Part shown: positions 19,905 to 28,039 of the stretch, in pieces | Layout: each line of letters begins with the position of its first letter | How positions within the stretch are numbered: the stretch's first letter is position 1 | DNA from: Candidatus Bathyarchaeota archaeon | GTDB taxonomy: Archaea > Thermoproteota > Bathyarchaeia > 40CM-2-53-6 > RBG-13-38-9 | Length of the DNA stretch: 64,000 bases | Reading direction: 5' to 3' | NCBI GenBank assembly: GCA_963807605.1 | Contig: CAWECG010000005.1 | Location: 11,761-75,760, forward strand | The notes under the pieces: model-generated | Databases searched by the model: none | Told to the model about the DNA's origin: nothing | What the model saw: only the letters and a program-made list of their open reading frames with translations | Translations under genes and position numbers: made by a program

Positions 19905-20836
19905 TGTGTCCCTCTATATGAAGGAGGAGAATAGTCATGAAGAGTTGGGAGAGGGACATAATTGGATCTCGTGCTGCGTCGAAGAAGGTGGATTATCCAT
20001 AGAAAACTGAAAGGCCGGAAGATCAGGGATATCGTTAGTGCGCTGCGGATAAACGAGAAGACCGTTGACCGATGGTGTATCGTCCATCAGAAAGATGGGT
20101 GGGAGAGGCGGGTAGTAAAGTCTAGAAGACCACACCGATATTACAAGACCCCACAGTCAACAGTGAACCTCATCGTCGAGCTGAGACACAGCAAACGTTG
20201 GGGGCCAAACAAGATCGAAGGATACCTAAGAAACTACAAGGTCGAAGGCAAGCGCGCGCGTCGAAGGCATCACACCTGTCAACCATAGAACCATCCATCA
20301 AATCCTAGTCGAAGACAGACTGAATAATCCTATCTCTGCACCCAGAAAGGTCTGGGGTAAGCACAGATTCCAGCGGGAGCACAGCAACAGCCCATGGCAA
20401 GCGCGCGCTAGGCGACCATATCCGCTTCATTCCAGGCTCAAGAATCCACCACAACCCAACAACAGAGCAGGCGATCAAGCTCCTTGAAGAATACATGATA
20501 CAATGCGGGAAGCCCAAACAGATACTGCCAGATAGAGGAACCCAGTTCTATCCTGCCAGAGGAGGCAGGTCAGAGTTCACAAAGTTCTGCAGTGGAAATA
20601 GTATCGAGCATATTGTCACAAGCGTAAGGAGACCATCCACAATCGGCAAGATCGAGTCCTTCCACAAAGCGTACGTCTGTGAGTCATGGATGTTTCCCAC
20701 CCATGAAAATTTTGTGAGTTACTGGAATTACGAAAGACCTCCTCAGGGAATCAGTTATCTATATCCAGCAGACACATATTTTAGAGAGCTAAACATACTC
20801 ACAGATGTGGGGGGGATAGAAGACTGGGAAGTTTGA
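19905..20836 (+). mobile_element. IS481-family transposase, inactivated (ends approximate)
   Basis: HTH plus SRRPH, WGPNKI, REHSNSPWQ, DH.RF, P..IL.DRGTQF and TIGKIESFHK integrase-core motifs; broken at 20251 and 20401. Confidence 0.85.
20241..20269 (+). repeat. 10-bp direct duplication GTCGAAGGCA flanking filler AGCGCGCGC
   Basis: gtcgaaggca-agcgcgcgc-gtcgaaggca read directly from the sequence. Confidence 0.95.
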
Positions 20837-21028
20837 ACGGTTGGCGCTACTCTCAGTCACGCGCGCGCTTCATTGTGTGCTGATCACGCGTCTGTTCTGA
20901 GATCTCTCTGAACCTTTGATGTCCGTATTCTACTTCTCTCCAGATATCGCCCACCATCAGTGCAGCACCGAATGATTGAATTGTTGCGAAGCGAATTGAC
21001 TGGCTCAGGTTACTTGTGGCGATCTTGA

Positions 21029-22351
21029 GTGATGGGAACTCTTAAGCTCGCGATCCAATATGCACGCAGGTTTGGTTTGAGGAGATCGGCCGCAGCACTT
21101 CTTCTGTACCTCAGTCGGAGATTGAACTCAGATATAGGCGTGAGCCATGTGGACGCGTTGCTCAAGTGTCGGTACTATGTGAAGAGGGAGTTGCTGAGTT
21201 ATGATTTCTCGTCAACGGATAGCGCGCGCTATGTGAAGAGGGAGTTGCTGAGTTATGATTTCTCGTCAACGGATCTCGCGAAGAACAAAGCCATCATGGA
21301 TAAATGGAATGCGACTTCGCCCAAGACGATATCTTGTGTGAACTGGTTTCTCCCGGACTATCATTCACCTTACGCTGGCGGTATTTATACTGCTCTGCGT
21401 TTTGCTAAGGCTTTCTCAACAGAAGGCGTATTGAACAGGATCATCATATTTGATGGCCCCTACCATCGAGACCCTCGTGCTACAGCTTCGGAGATCAGAT
21501 CTCTGTTTCCGAAAATGGGTAGACTCGAAGTCCTCGTCAACCCTTCTAAGATACCGGACAGCACAATATGTATTGCAACATTTTGGCCGACTGCATACGT
21601 CGCGCTGAAGTTCAACAACACACAAGGCAAGTACTACCTCATCCAAGATTTCGAGCCACTATTCTACGCAGCGGGACCATACTATGGACTTGCAGAAGCG
21701 ACCTACAGATTTGGGTTCCTAGGGATCACGAATGGTCCGAGACTGAAAGAGATCTATCGAAACCAGTACGGAGGTGACGCTGAATACTTCTTTCCTACCC
21801 CAGATACGAATCTGTTCTATCCCTCGCCTGATCAGCCTAGGTCCAAGGTATCCCGCGTCTTCTTCTATGCCAGACCCGCGATGGAGAGGAATGCTTTCGA
21901 CCTGGGAATCCTGGCACTGGAAAGACTCAAGAGAGCTCATCCGGATTTGGAAATCGTTACTGCTGGCTGGGATCTGACTGCACACGAGATGCCAATCCCC
22001 GTCACGAACTATGGCTTGCTTAGCTTGAAGAAAACTGCTGAACTTTATCGGAGCTGTGACATGGGGTTGGTCTTCATGTTCACTAGGCATCCTTCGTACC
22101 TTCCAGGGGAGTTGATGGCAAGCGGATGTGTCGTCATCACCAACAAGAATCCTGATAATGCGTGGCTGCTGCGTGACCGAGAGAACTGCCTGCTAACTGA
22201 GCCGACCGTATCCAGCATCCTGGAGACATTTGAGCTGGCCATGGCGGATTATGATCTGCGAAGGAGTATTGTGAGGAGAGGGTCGGAGACTGTGAAGCAA
22301 ACGAACTGGGACTTGGAGATACGTCGCGTCATGAAGTTCATAACTGGCTAG
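21029..22351 (+). CDS. GT4 glycosyltransferase, WsaF-like rhamnosyltransferase family
   Basis: NWFLP...GGIYTALRF, ATFWPTAY, YLIQDFEP.FY, FFYARP...RN.F.LG, HPSYLP.ELMASG. Confidence 0.8.
   Translation: MMGTLKLAIQYARRFGLRRSAAALLLYLSRRLNSDIGVSHVDALLKCRYYVKRELLSYDFSSTDSARYVKRELLSYDFSSTDLAKNKAIMDKWNATSPKTISCVNWFLPDYHSPYAGGIYTALRFAKAFSTEGVLNRIIIFDGPYHRDPRATASEIRSLFPKMGRLEVLVNPSKIPDSTICIATFWPTAYVALKFNNTQGKYYLIQDFEPLFYAAGPYYGLAEATYRFGFLGITNGPRLKEIYRNQYGGDAEYFFPTPDTNLFYPSPDQPRSKVSRVFFYARPAMERNAFDLGILALERLKRAHPDLEIVTAGWDLTAHEMPIPVTNYGLLSLKKTAELYRSCDMGLVFMFTRHPSYLPGELMASGCVVITNKNPDNAWLLRDRENCLLTEPTVSSILETFELAMADYDLRRSIVRRGSETVKQTNWDLEIRRVMKFITG
21175..21274 (+). repeat. 46-bp direct duplication flanking filler AGCGCGCG (in-frame, +18 codons)
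   Basis: 21175-21220 equals 21229-21274; protein reads YVKRELLSYDFSSTD-SAR-YVKRELLSYDFSSTD. Confidence 0.97.
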
Positions 22352-22362
22352 GAGTCATTGGC

Positions 22363-25300
22363 TCAGAAGCCGAGCAGGCGCGGATTGATGAGGTAACAGG
22401 CATGTTCAGATTCGGTTGACAGATTCTTGTTGTAAAACGGGTCACCATTCGCAATATCATCTCTTAGCTTCTTAATGAAGTAGTTGTAGTCGGAAGACGG
22501 GAATGCCTTCCCTCTTGTTGCCCCTTCACGATGATAGAGGACTGCATAAGGATTGTACACAATCTGGTATCCTGCCTTTCTCATTCTGATGCAAAGATCG
22601 ACATCGTTTCCTCCAACCACAAGGCGTTCATCGAAACCTCCTACAGCCTTGAAGACATCTCTCCTAACAAGCATGCAGGCTGCGGTGACTGCTGAGCAGT
22701 TGCGGATCATGTGTGCTAATCCAAAGTAGCCTGGTTCGGCGTTTGGCATTCCGCGAAAAGGATGACCTGCTGTTCCTCCCAGTCCCAAGACCACGCTTGC
22801 ATGTTGGATTCGACCATCGGGATAGAGCAACTTCGCTCCAACACAGGCCACATCGTTTCTGGTGTCAAGTATCCCGACCATCTCCCCTAGCCAATCCGCT
22901 TGCATGGCCTCGGTGTCGTCGTTGAGGAACAGTAAGTAGCGTCCCCGTGCTGTGCTAGATGCGGAGTTGTTGAATTTTGCGAAGTTGAATTCATCCTCGA
23001 ATCTGATGATCCTGTGGCCAAGAGATCGCAGATAATCCAACGTTTCCGGCTTTCGACTATCGTGATCAACTACCACTATCTCGAAGTTTCTATATGCCGT
23101 TTTCTTCTGAACGCTCTCTATGCAAGTCTTCAACAAGTTCGGATTGTCATGTGTTACTATGATGATGCTTACGAGCGAGTCGCCCTTCGGGATGTACTTT
23201 ACGCGGTACCATTGGTTATAGCCATCGAGGATTCCCCCATGAATTCCTCGTCGCTCAAGAGCTTGTGCGAGCGCCTGTTTTGCCGCCTCCCTTGCTGTCG
23301 GTTTGGCTGACAAGGATAGTGCAGTCGAGGTAGGGGTCATCCTCCAACTGTAGATGGACTTCGAGACGTGATAGATTTGGTTAGTCCTCTCGACCGCCCT
23401 CAGTGCAAGATCGTAATCTTGACTCCCTTCAAAGCCTGCGCGGAAGCTCCCGAGCTCTTCAAGAAGAGAACGTCGGTAGACTATGAAATGCGGGATGTAG
23501 TTCATCGAGAGGAATAAGTCAGGAGACCAGTCCGGCTTGAAGAAGGGATCGATTCGTTTGTCGTCAACGTCTATCTTGTCCTCATCAGAGTATATGATAT
23601 GTGCGTCAGGGTGCTCATTGACGCACTTGACCACTTCATACAGGGCTTGATCAGTCAGCTGATCATCGTGATCAAGAAACGCTACGAATTCTCCCATTGC
23701 AAGCTCTATCGCCGCGTTGGATGCCTGTGCAATACCCGATCTCTTGCGGAGGAAACTGACTTTCACTCTGTGATCAAGTTTGCGATAGTAGTCCAGCGTT
23801 CGTGCCACGGACTGGCGCGTCGAGCTATCGTCTACTATGCACAACTCCCAGTTCTCGTAGATCTGACATCGTACTGATTCTATTGCCGCTCTGAGACATC
23901 TATCATCAGTCTCAAAAACGGGCATGACTATGCTGACAAGTGGTTTCTTGAACATCTTCGCAATTTCCAGCCTGAGTTTCGGGATTCTCACCTGGTCTGG
24001 CGGATCGCTAGCAAGGAAGATTTGATACTGTTTATTCAATGGAAGAGCCATGAAGGCCTTACGCGAAATGTGATGACTTGCTGGTGGCGCCGCATTCTTT
24101 CTGGAGGCTACCAATCTTGCCATCATCATGGTCTGAGAAAAGAGCATCTCCAGAATCCTGCGTCTCAGGCTCTTAGGTGGAAGCTTCTCGACCAGAAGTT
24201 GCCTGTAGCCAAGAATTAGTTGCCACCCAAGGCTTCCTTCTATTTCCCCAAGTTTGCGCTGCACTGAGTCTTTCTCGTCTGCAGTTCTGGCTAACGCTTC
24301 TCTTATTTCCCCAAGTTTGCGCTGCACTGAGTCTTTCTCGTCTGCAGTTCTGGCTAACGCTTCTCTTATTTCCCCAAGTTTGCGCTGCACTGAGTCTTTC
24401 TCGTCTGCAGTTCTGGCTAACGCTTCTCTTATTTCCCCAAGTTTGCGCTGCACTGAGTCTTTCTCGTCTGCAGTTCTGGCTAACGCTTCTCTTATTCGAG
24501 CAAGTTCGACCCAGGGACTCGACTTGTACCATTCAGCATACCGCATCAGTCGGCGATAATCTTGATCAACACGATCGTCGACAGTATTCCCGGCCCATTC
24601 CACGAGACGACCATAGTCGCCTGCCAGAACTTCTGGAAAAGCTTGCTGGAGATCGCCTCTCATCATATACAATTGGAGAAGCACTGAAAGAGGATCGGAG
24701 AGAGATTTCGAGAGCCTGTTAATTAGCGCATTTCTTGACGCAACCGCTCGCGCGTTAGCCTTCAGGTATTCTGCCTCGCTCCCCCATATCAGCCCCTGCA
24801 CTTCAGTAGAGATTTGTCGTTTTCCTGTTCGTCGTATCGGTTTGAAGGCTTCAACTCTCAGTTCATATAATTCCCTGGCCTTCTTTTCCCTAAGGTTGCC
24901 GATTCTCTCCGCTGAAGGCAGCCGCGTGATTCTGCTGAACCCAGTCTTCAAGAGCTGGTGACTGAGTAGATCGTAATCATATCCTGAGCGGTGAAAATCT
25001 GACCAGTGACTTTGATTACCATAGAATGTCGAGGCAAGGCGGTCTAGGTCTCCAATTCTATGCTCTAGATTTTGAGTCAGAAGGTAGATGCGACATAGGG
25101 CAGAAAAGTCCGGGCAAGAGATCTCGAGCCGTGAGCCTTTCTTCATGATACGGTAGGATTCTTTGAGGAAGAGCAATCCGTCAGCGTAAGAAAGGTGCTC
25201 TAGTAGATGCGAGCAGTAAACCCCCTTAGTGACTTCCGAGTCGAAAGGCAAACACGTGGCATCCGCAACAACATCAATTCCAGGAGCAGGTCTCACGTCA

Positions 25301-25368
25301 ACCTGGATAGCTTCCGGCCAGTGCTGGAACTGTCCGCTTCCAATCTCAATATGCACATCTCCTTTCAT
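22363..25368 (-). CDS. Multidomain methyltransferase-coiled coil-GT2-GT2 glycosyltransferase (WsaE-like)
   Basis: IEIGSG...DA..LPF...SHLLEH MTase; 21-aa heptad repeats; two GT2 domains paralogous to 16109-19084. Confidence 0.9.
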   Translation of the reverse strand: MKGDVHIEIGSGQFQHWPEAIQVDVRPAPGIDVVADATCLPFDSEVTKGVYCSHLLEHLSYADGLLFLKESYRIMKKGSRLEISCPDFSALCRIYLLTQNLEHRIGDLDRLASTFYGNQSHWSDFHRSGYDYDLLSHQLLKTGFSRITRLPSAERIGNLREKKARELYELRVEAFKPIRRTGKRQISTEVQGLIWGSEAEYLKANARAVASRNALINRLSKSLSDPLSVLLQLYMMRGDLQQAFPEVLAGDYGRLVEWAGNTVDDRVDQDYRRLMRYAEWYKSSPWVELARIREALARTADEKDSVQRKLGEIREALARTADEKDSVQRKLGEIREALARTADEKDSVQRKLGEIREALARTADEKDSVQRKLGEIEGSLGWQLILGYRQLLVEKLPPKSLRRRILEMLFSQTMMMARLVASRKNAAPPASHHISRKAFMALPLNKQYQIFLASDPPDQVRIPKLRLEIAKMFKKPLVSIVMPVFETDDRCLRAAIESVRCQIYENWELCIVDDSSTRQSVARTLDYYRKLDHRVKVSFLRKRSGIAQASNAAIELAMGEFVAFLDHDDQLTDQALYEVVKCVNEHPDAHIIYSDEDKIDVDDKRIDPFFKPDWSPDLFLSMNYIPHFIVYRRSLLEELGSFRAGFEGSQDYDLALRAVERTNQIYHVSKSIYSWRMTPTSTALSLSAKPTAREAAKQALAQALERRGIHGGILDGYNQWYRVKYIPKGDSLVSIIIVTHDNPNLLKTCIESVQKKTAYRNFEIVVVDHDSRKPETLDYLRSLGHRIIRFEDEFNFAKFNNSASSTARGRYLLFLNDDTEAMQADWLGEMVGILDTRNDVACVGAKLLYPDGRIQHASVVLGLGGTAGHPFRGMPNAEPGYFGLAHMIRNCSAVTAACMLVRRDVFKAVGGFDERLVVGGNDVDLCIRMRKAGYQIVYNPYAVLYHREGATRGKAFPSSDYNYFIKKLRDDIANGDPFYNKNLSTESEHACYLINPRLLGF
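24241..24496 (-). repeat. Perfect tandem repeat, 4 x 63 bp (IREALARTADEKDSVQRKLGE)
   Basis: Identical units start at 24241, 24304, 24367 and 24430, with no spacers. Confidence 0.97.
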
Positions 25369-25460
25369 AGTCTGACTAGTTCTCCTATGCCTGAGAATGA
25401 TTCGGTCCCTTGTAGCGCTAGCAGGAAAGGGTGACTTAAAGACAGCGCCAGGAGATCATA

Positions 25461-25492
25461 TTTAGCTGTTGATTGAATCCCTCTGGCTTCAG
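25461..25492 (-). repeat. 32-bp dispersed repeat CTGAAGCCAGAGGGATTCAATCAACAGCTAAA, copy 1
   Basis: Exact matches at 61148-61179 and 61872-61903. Confidence 0.9.
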
Positions 25493-26055
25493 TCCAAGTG
25501 TGTGGAGCCATTCTGCTCCTTTCTGGGTGAATAATCCTTATTCTGCTGGAGGCTTGACGCCTTCGTATGTGAGGAGGTTCTTTATCTTGACTCGCAGTTT
25601 GACGCGTTCCCTGACCAGGAATGCTCTTCTTCTTACCTGCTCTCGGAGTGCCGCTGTCTCCTCATCAGGCATTTATGCTGAAGGTAACGCATTCAACCTT
25701 ACCAACTCAGCTATCACTTTAGAGTCGACTCTATCACTCTTTATCTTTGCCTCAGCGATGTAGCGTGTCTTCTTCGGATGAGAGACAGATACGTCATAAC
25801 CTTTCTTTCTCAGCTGTCTGTACAGCGGTACTACTTGATAGGAGGCTTCCATACCGATTCTATTTATTTGATAATCCGAGAGTATGAGAGAATTCTATCA
25901 TTCGCCATTCTTTTCTGACTGACTATTTCACCGTCACAACTCACGATTGTTGCATAGGTTGAATCCTTATGCACATCTAAACCGCAAAAGTAAGCGCTCA
26001 TAGTATGGCATGAGCGCTGACGCTTACCAAAAGCTCTTCCCATACCATCGCGCTA
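25493..26055 (-). mobile_element. IS110-family transposase remnant (5' part, with stops and a frameshift)
   Basis: ATG at 26001: MSAYFCGLDVHKDS...IGMEAS...HPKKTRYIAEAKIKSDRVDSKVIAEL (DEDD RuvC-like domain). Confidence 0.85.
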
Positions 26056-26085
26056 ACAACCCCCAACCTCACCCTTCTAGCGCGC

Positions 26086-27211
26086 TAGCCTCTTGCAATA
26101 TTCTTGGGCTTAACATGAAGATGTATACGTGTTTTTGATCATAAGATCGATGAGCTTTACACCCGCTCATGCCGTTTCTGGTGAAAAAGGAGTGAGCGAG
26201 TGTAAGGCTCTGTATGATCTGTTTCAGGCTTTGGATTTAACGTTTGTAGAACAAGTCTTGGAAAGAAGCTATGGGAGAAGAAGCAGGGTCGGCAGACCCC
26301 ATAGAAATTTACTTGGAATGTTCAAAGCAGAGCTCATCAAACGGCTAAGACATATCGAAAGCTATGAGGAATTGTATCGGCTCTTGTGGAGTGACGGTGA
26401 ACTCTGCAAACTCTGCGACATCAAGGAATCAGAGAATCCGTATCACCCATCAATACTTCTGAGGTTTCGACGTAGAATAGGCCCTCAAGGATTTCACCGC
26501 CTCATGAACCGTCTGATCAAACAGCTCGACCACAGCGGCATTCTGGACTCTGAAATCCTAGCGTTAGACGCCACATTCATCAAAGCTTACAGTCGAAGAG
26601 ATCCTCACAATACCCAGTGTGGATTATCTGATTCTGAAGCCAGATTACGAAAACAAGGTAGAAACGTTGTCTTAGGCTACGGCATCCATCTGGCTGTAGA
26701 TGCTGATAGTGAGATGCCGGTGGCAGTCACAGTGGAACCTGCAAACGTCAACGAAAAGAAGATCGCATCCCACCTACTCCATAAGACCTTGAAGTACAAA
26801 CATAGGTGGAAGAGCGTGACTGCAGACTCACAATACTCCAGCGAATCCTTCAGGGATAAGGCAAGATCCATAAGTGTTGAGCCTGTCATCCCCTACCCCA
26901 AGAACCAGATGAAAGGCAAAAGAGTTCTACGTGTTGACAGAAGATTCCACACCCACGGACCTGCAAGGCTGAGACGTCTCTACCGAAAACGATCCTCTGT
27001 TGAGAGAACCGTCTCACGATTGAAGACACACTTCGGACTGTGCCAACTTAGAACCCGAGGATTAAGAAACGTCCTGTCACATGTAGTCCTATGCTTGATC
27101 GCAATGTTGACGGCTGCTCTATCAGCGATCAAGCAAGGATACACCCACAGAATGCGGTCACCAGTCCAACTCATGAAATTGACAGGACTAAAGTAATATT
27201 GCAAGAGGCTG
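26086..27211 (+). mobile_element. IS1182/IS5-like insertion sequence with 17-bp terminal IRs and GCGCGC target duplication
   Basis: IRL tagcctcttgcaatatt 26086-26102; IRR aatattgcaagaggctg 27195-27211; GCGCGC at 26080-26085 and 27212-27217. Confidence 0.88.
26129..27196 (+). CDS. DDE transposase (DUF772 + DDE_Tnp_1 type), apparently intact
   Basis: GRP, P.HPS.L.RFR.R, ALDAT, GY..HLAVD, ADSQYSS, YRKRSSVER...RLK. Confidence 0.88.
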   Translation: MFLIIRSMSFTPAHAVSGEKGVSECKALYDLFQALDLTFVEQVLERSYGRRSRVGRPHRNLLGMFKAELIKRLRHIESYEELYRLLWSDGELCKLCDIKESENPYHPSILLRFRRRIGPQGFHRLMNRLIKQLDHSGILDSEILALDATFIKAYSRRDPHNTQCGLSDSEARLRKQGRNVVLGYGIHLAVDADSEMPVAVTVEPANVNEKKIASHLLHKTLKYKHRWKSVTADSQYSSESFRDKARSISVEPVIPYPKNQMKGKRVLRVDRRFHTHGPARLRRLYRKRSSVERTVSRLKTHFGLCQLRTRGLRNVLSHVVLCLIAMLTAALSAIKQGYTHRMRSPVQLMKLTGLK

Positions 27212-27217
27212 GCGCGC

Positions 27218-27655
27218 TAGGACTACTCCCTTGCATCCAAGGGATCTAGCATCAGACCCCTAGCGGTTCTTCTGGACATCTACTATTTCAGGCCAGAACT
27301 ACAGAGGACCTATCCTGAAGCAGGTAATGGAGATTATCAGAGGCTCATCGATTTGGCGGCCATCAACGGAGTGACAGTTGACGCTGCAAGGGCGTCGCTT
27401 AGACCCTATGGCTTCTACTACGCATCTAACACTTCTGATCGCAAAAAACCTCTTGCCACCTCAGTCGATCTTTATAATTCTAGGGTAGACCTTCAAAGCA
27501 TATACCCTGAGGTTTTGATGGGCGAGTTTCGAGGGCTGATTGGGTGGGCTAATGAAGTGCTCAGCAGTGATATTAGGGATGAAGCGTATTTCGTTTTGAA
27601 GCCTTATGAGGTCAGCTACCCTTCGCTGAGTGTACGAGAATTGGCGAATGCTTGA
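27218..27655 (+). pseudogene. C-terminal fragment of a paralog of 16109-19084 (continues at 26056-26079, left of the IS)
   Basis: DYSLASKGSSIRPLAVLLDIYYFRPELQR..PE...DYQRLID aligns with 18662-19084; 26056-26078 matches YNPNLTLL at 18632-18655. Confidence 0.88.
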
Positions 27656-28039
27656 GTATTCGCAGCGACAACGAGCGATATTTCGCATACACGTCATCGA
27701 AGGTGAGGAAGTTAATCGGCGAGAAGAAAGTTATAGTGGCGATGAACCGACGGACAACGCATCGAAGAAGCTTCGCATGATCTACGCGTGCGTAGAATGT
27801 TACAGTCCTCTTGGATTCTGAGTTCGAACAGTAGCTACTAACAAATGTTTTCAATGACGTATCACTAACATACAAGGGCAAACGTGCCCGCAATGATGGT
27901 GTAGCCGATTTCATACTCTAGACATAGGCGAGGTCGCTGACATTGCCTAAATTCAGTTTACTTTCGAGTTTAAGCCTGTCAAATCGGATTTCACAGAAGC
28001 TGAGGATGGTCAGCGCGCACTAGACTTGAGGTGTTCTAA

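Noticed and set aside
24241-24496. Possible CRISPR array
   Set aside because: The units are contiguous 63-bp identical repeats with no spacers, in frame within a protein, and there are no cas genes nearby.
24173-24722. Alternative-frame repeat ORFs (119, 181 and 101 aa)
   Set aside because: They are by-products of the stop-free tandem repeat inside the 1001-aa gene.
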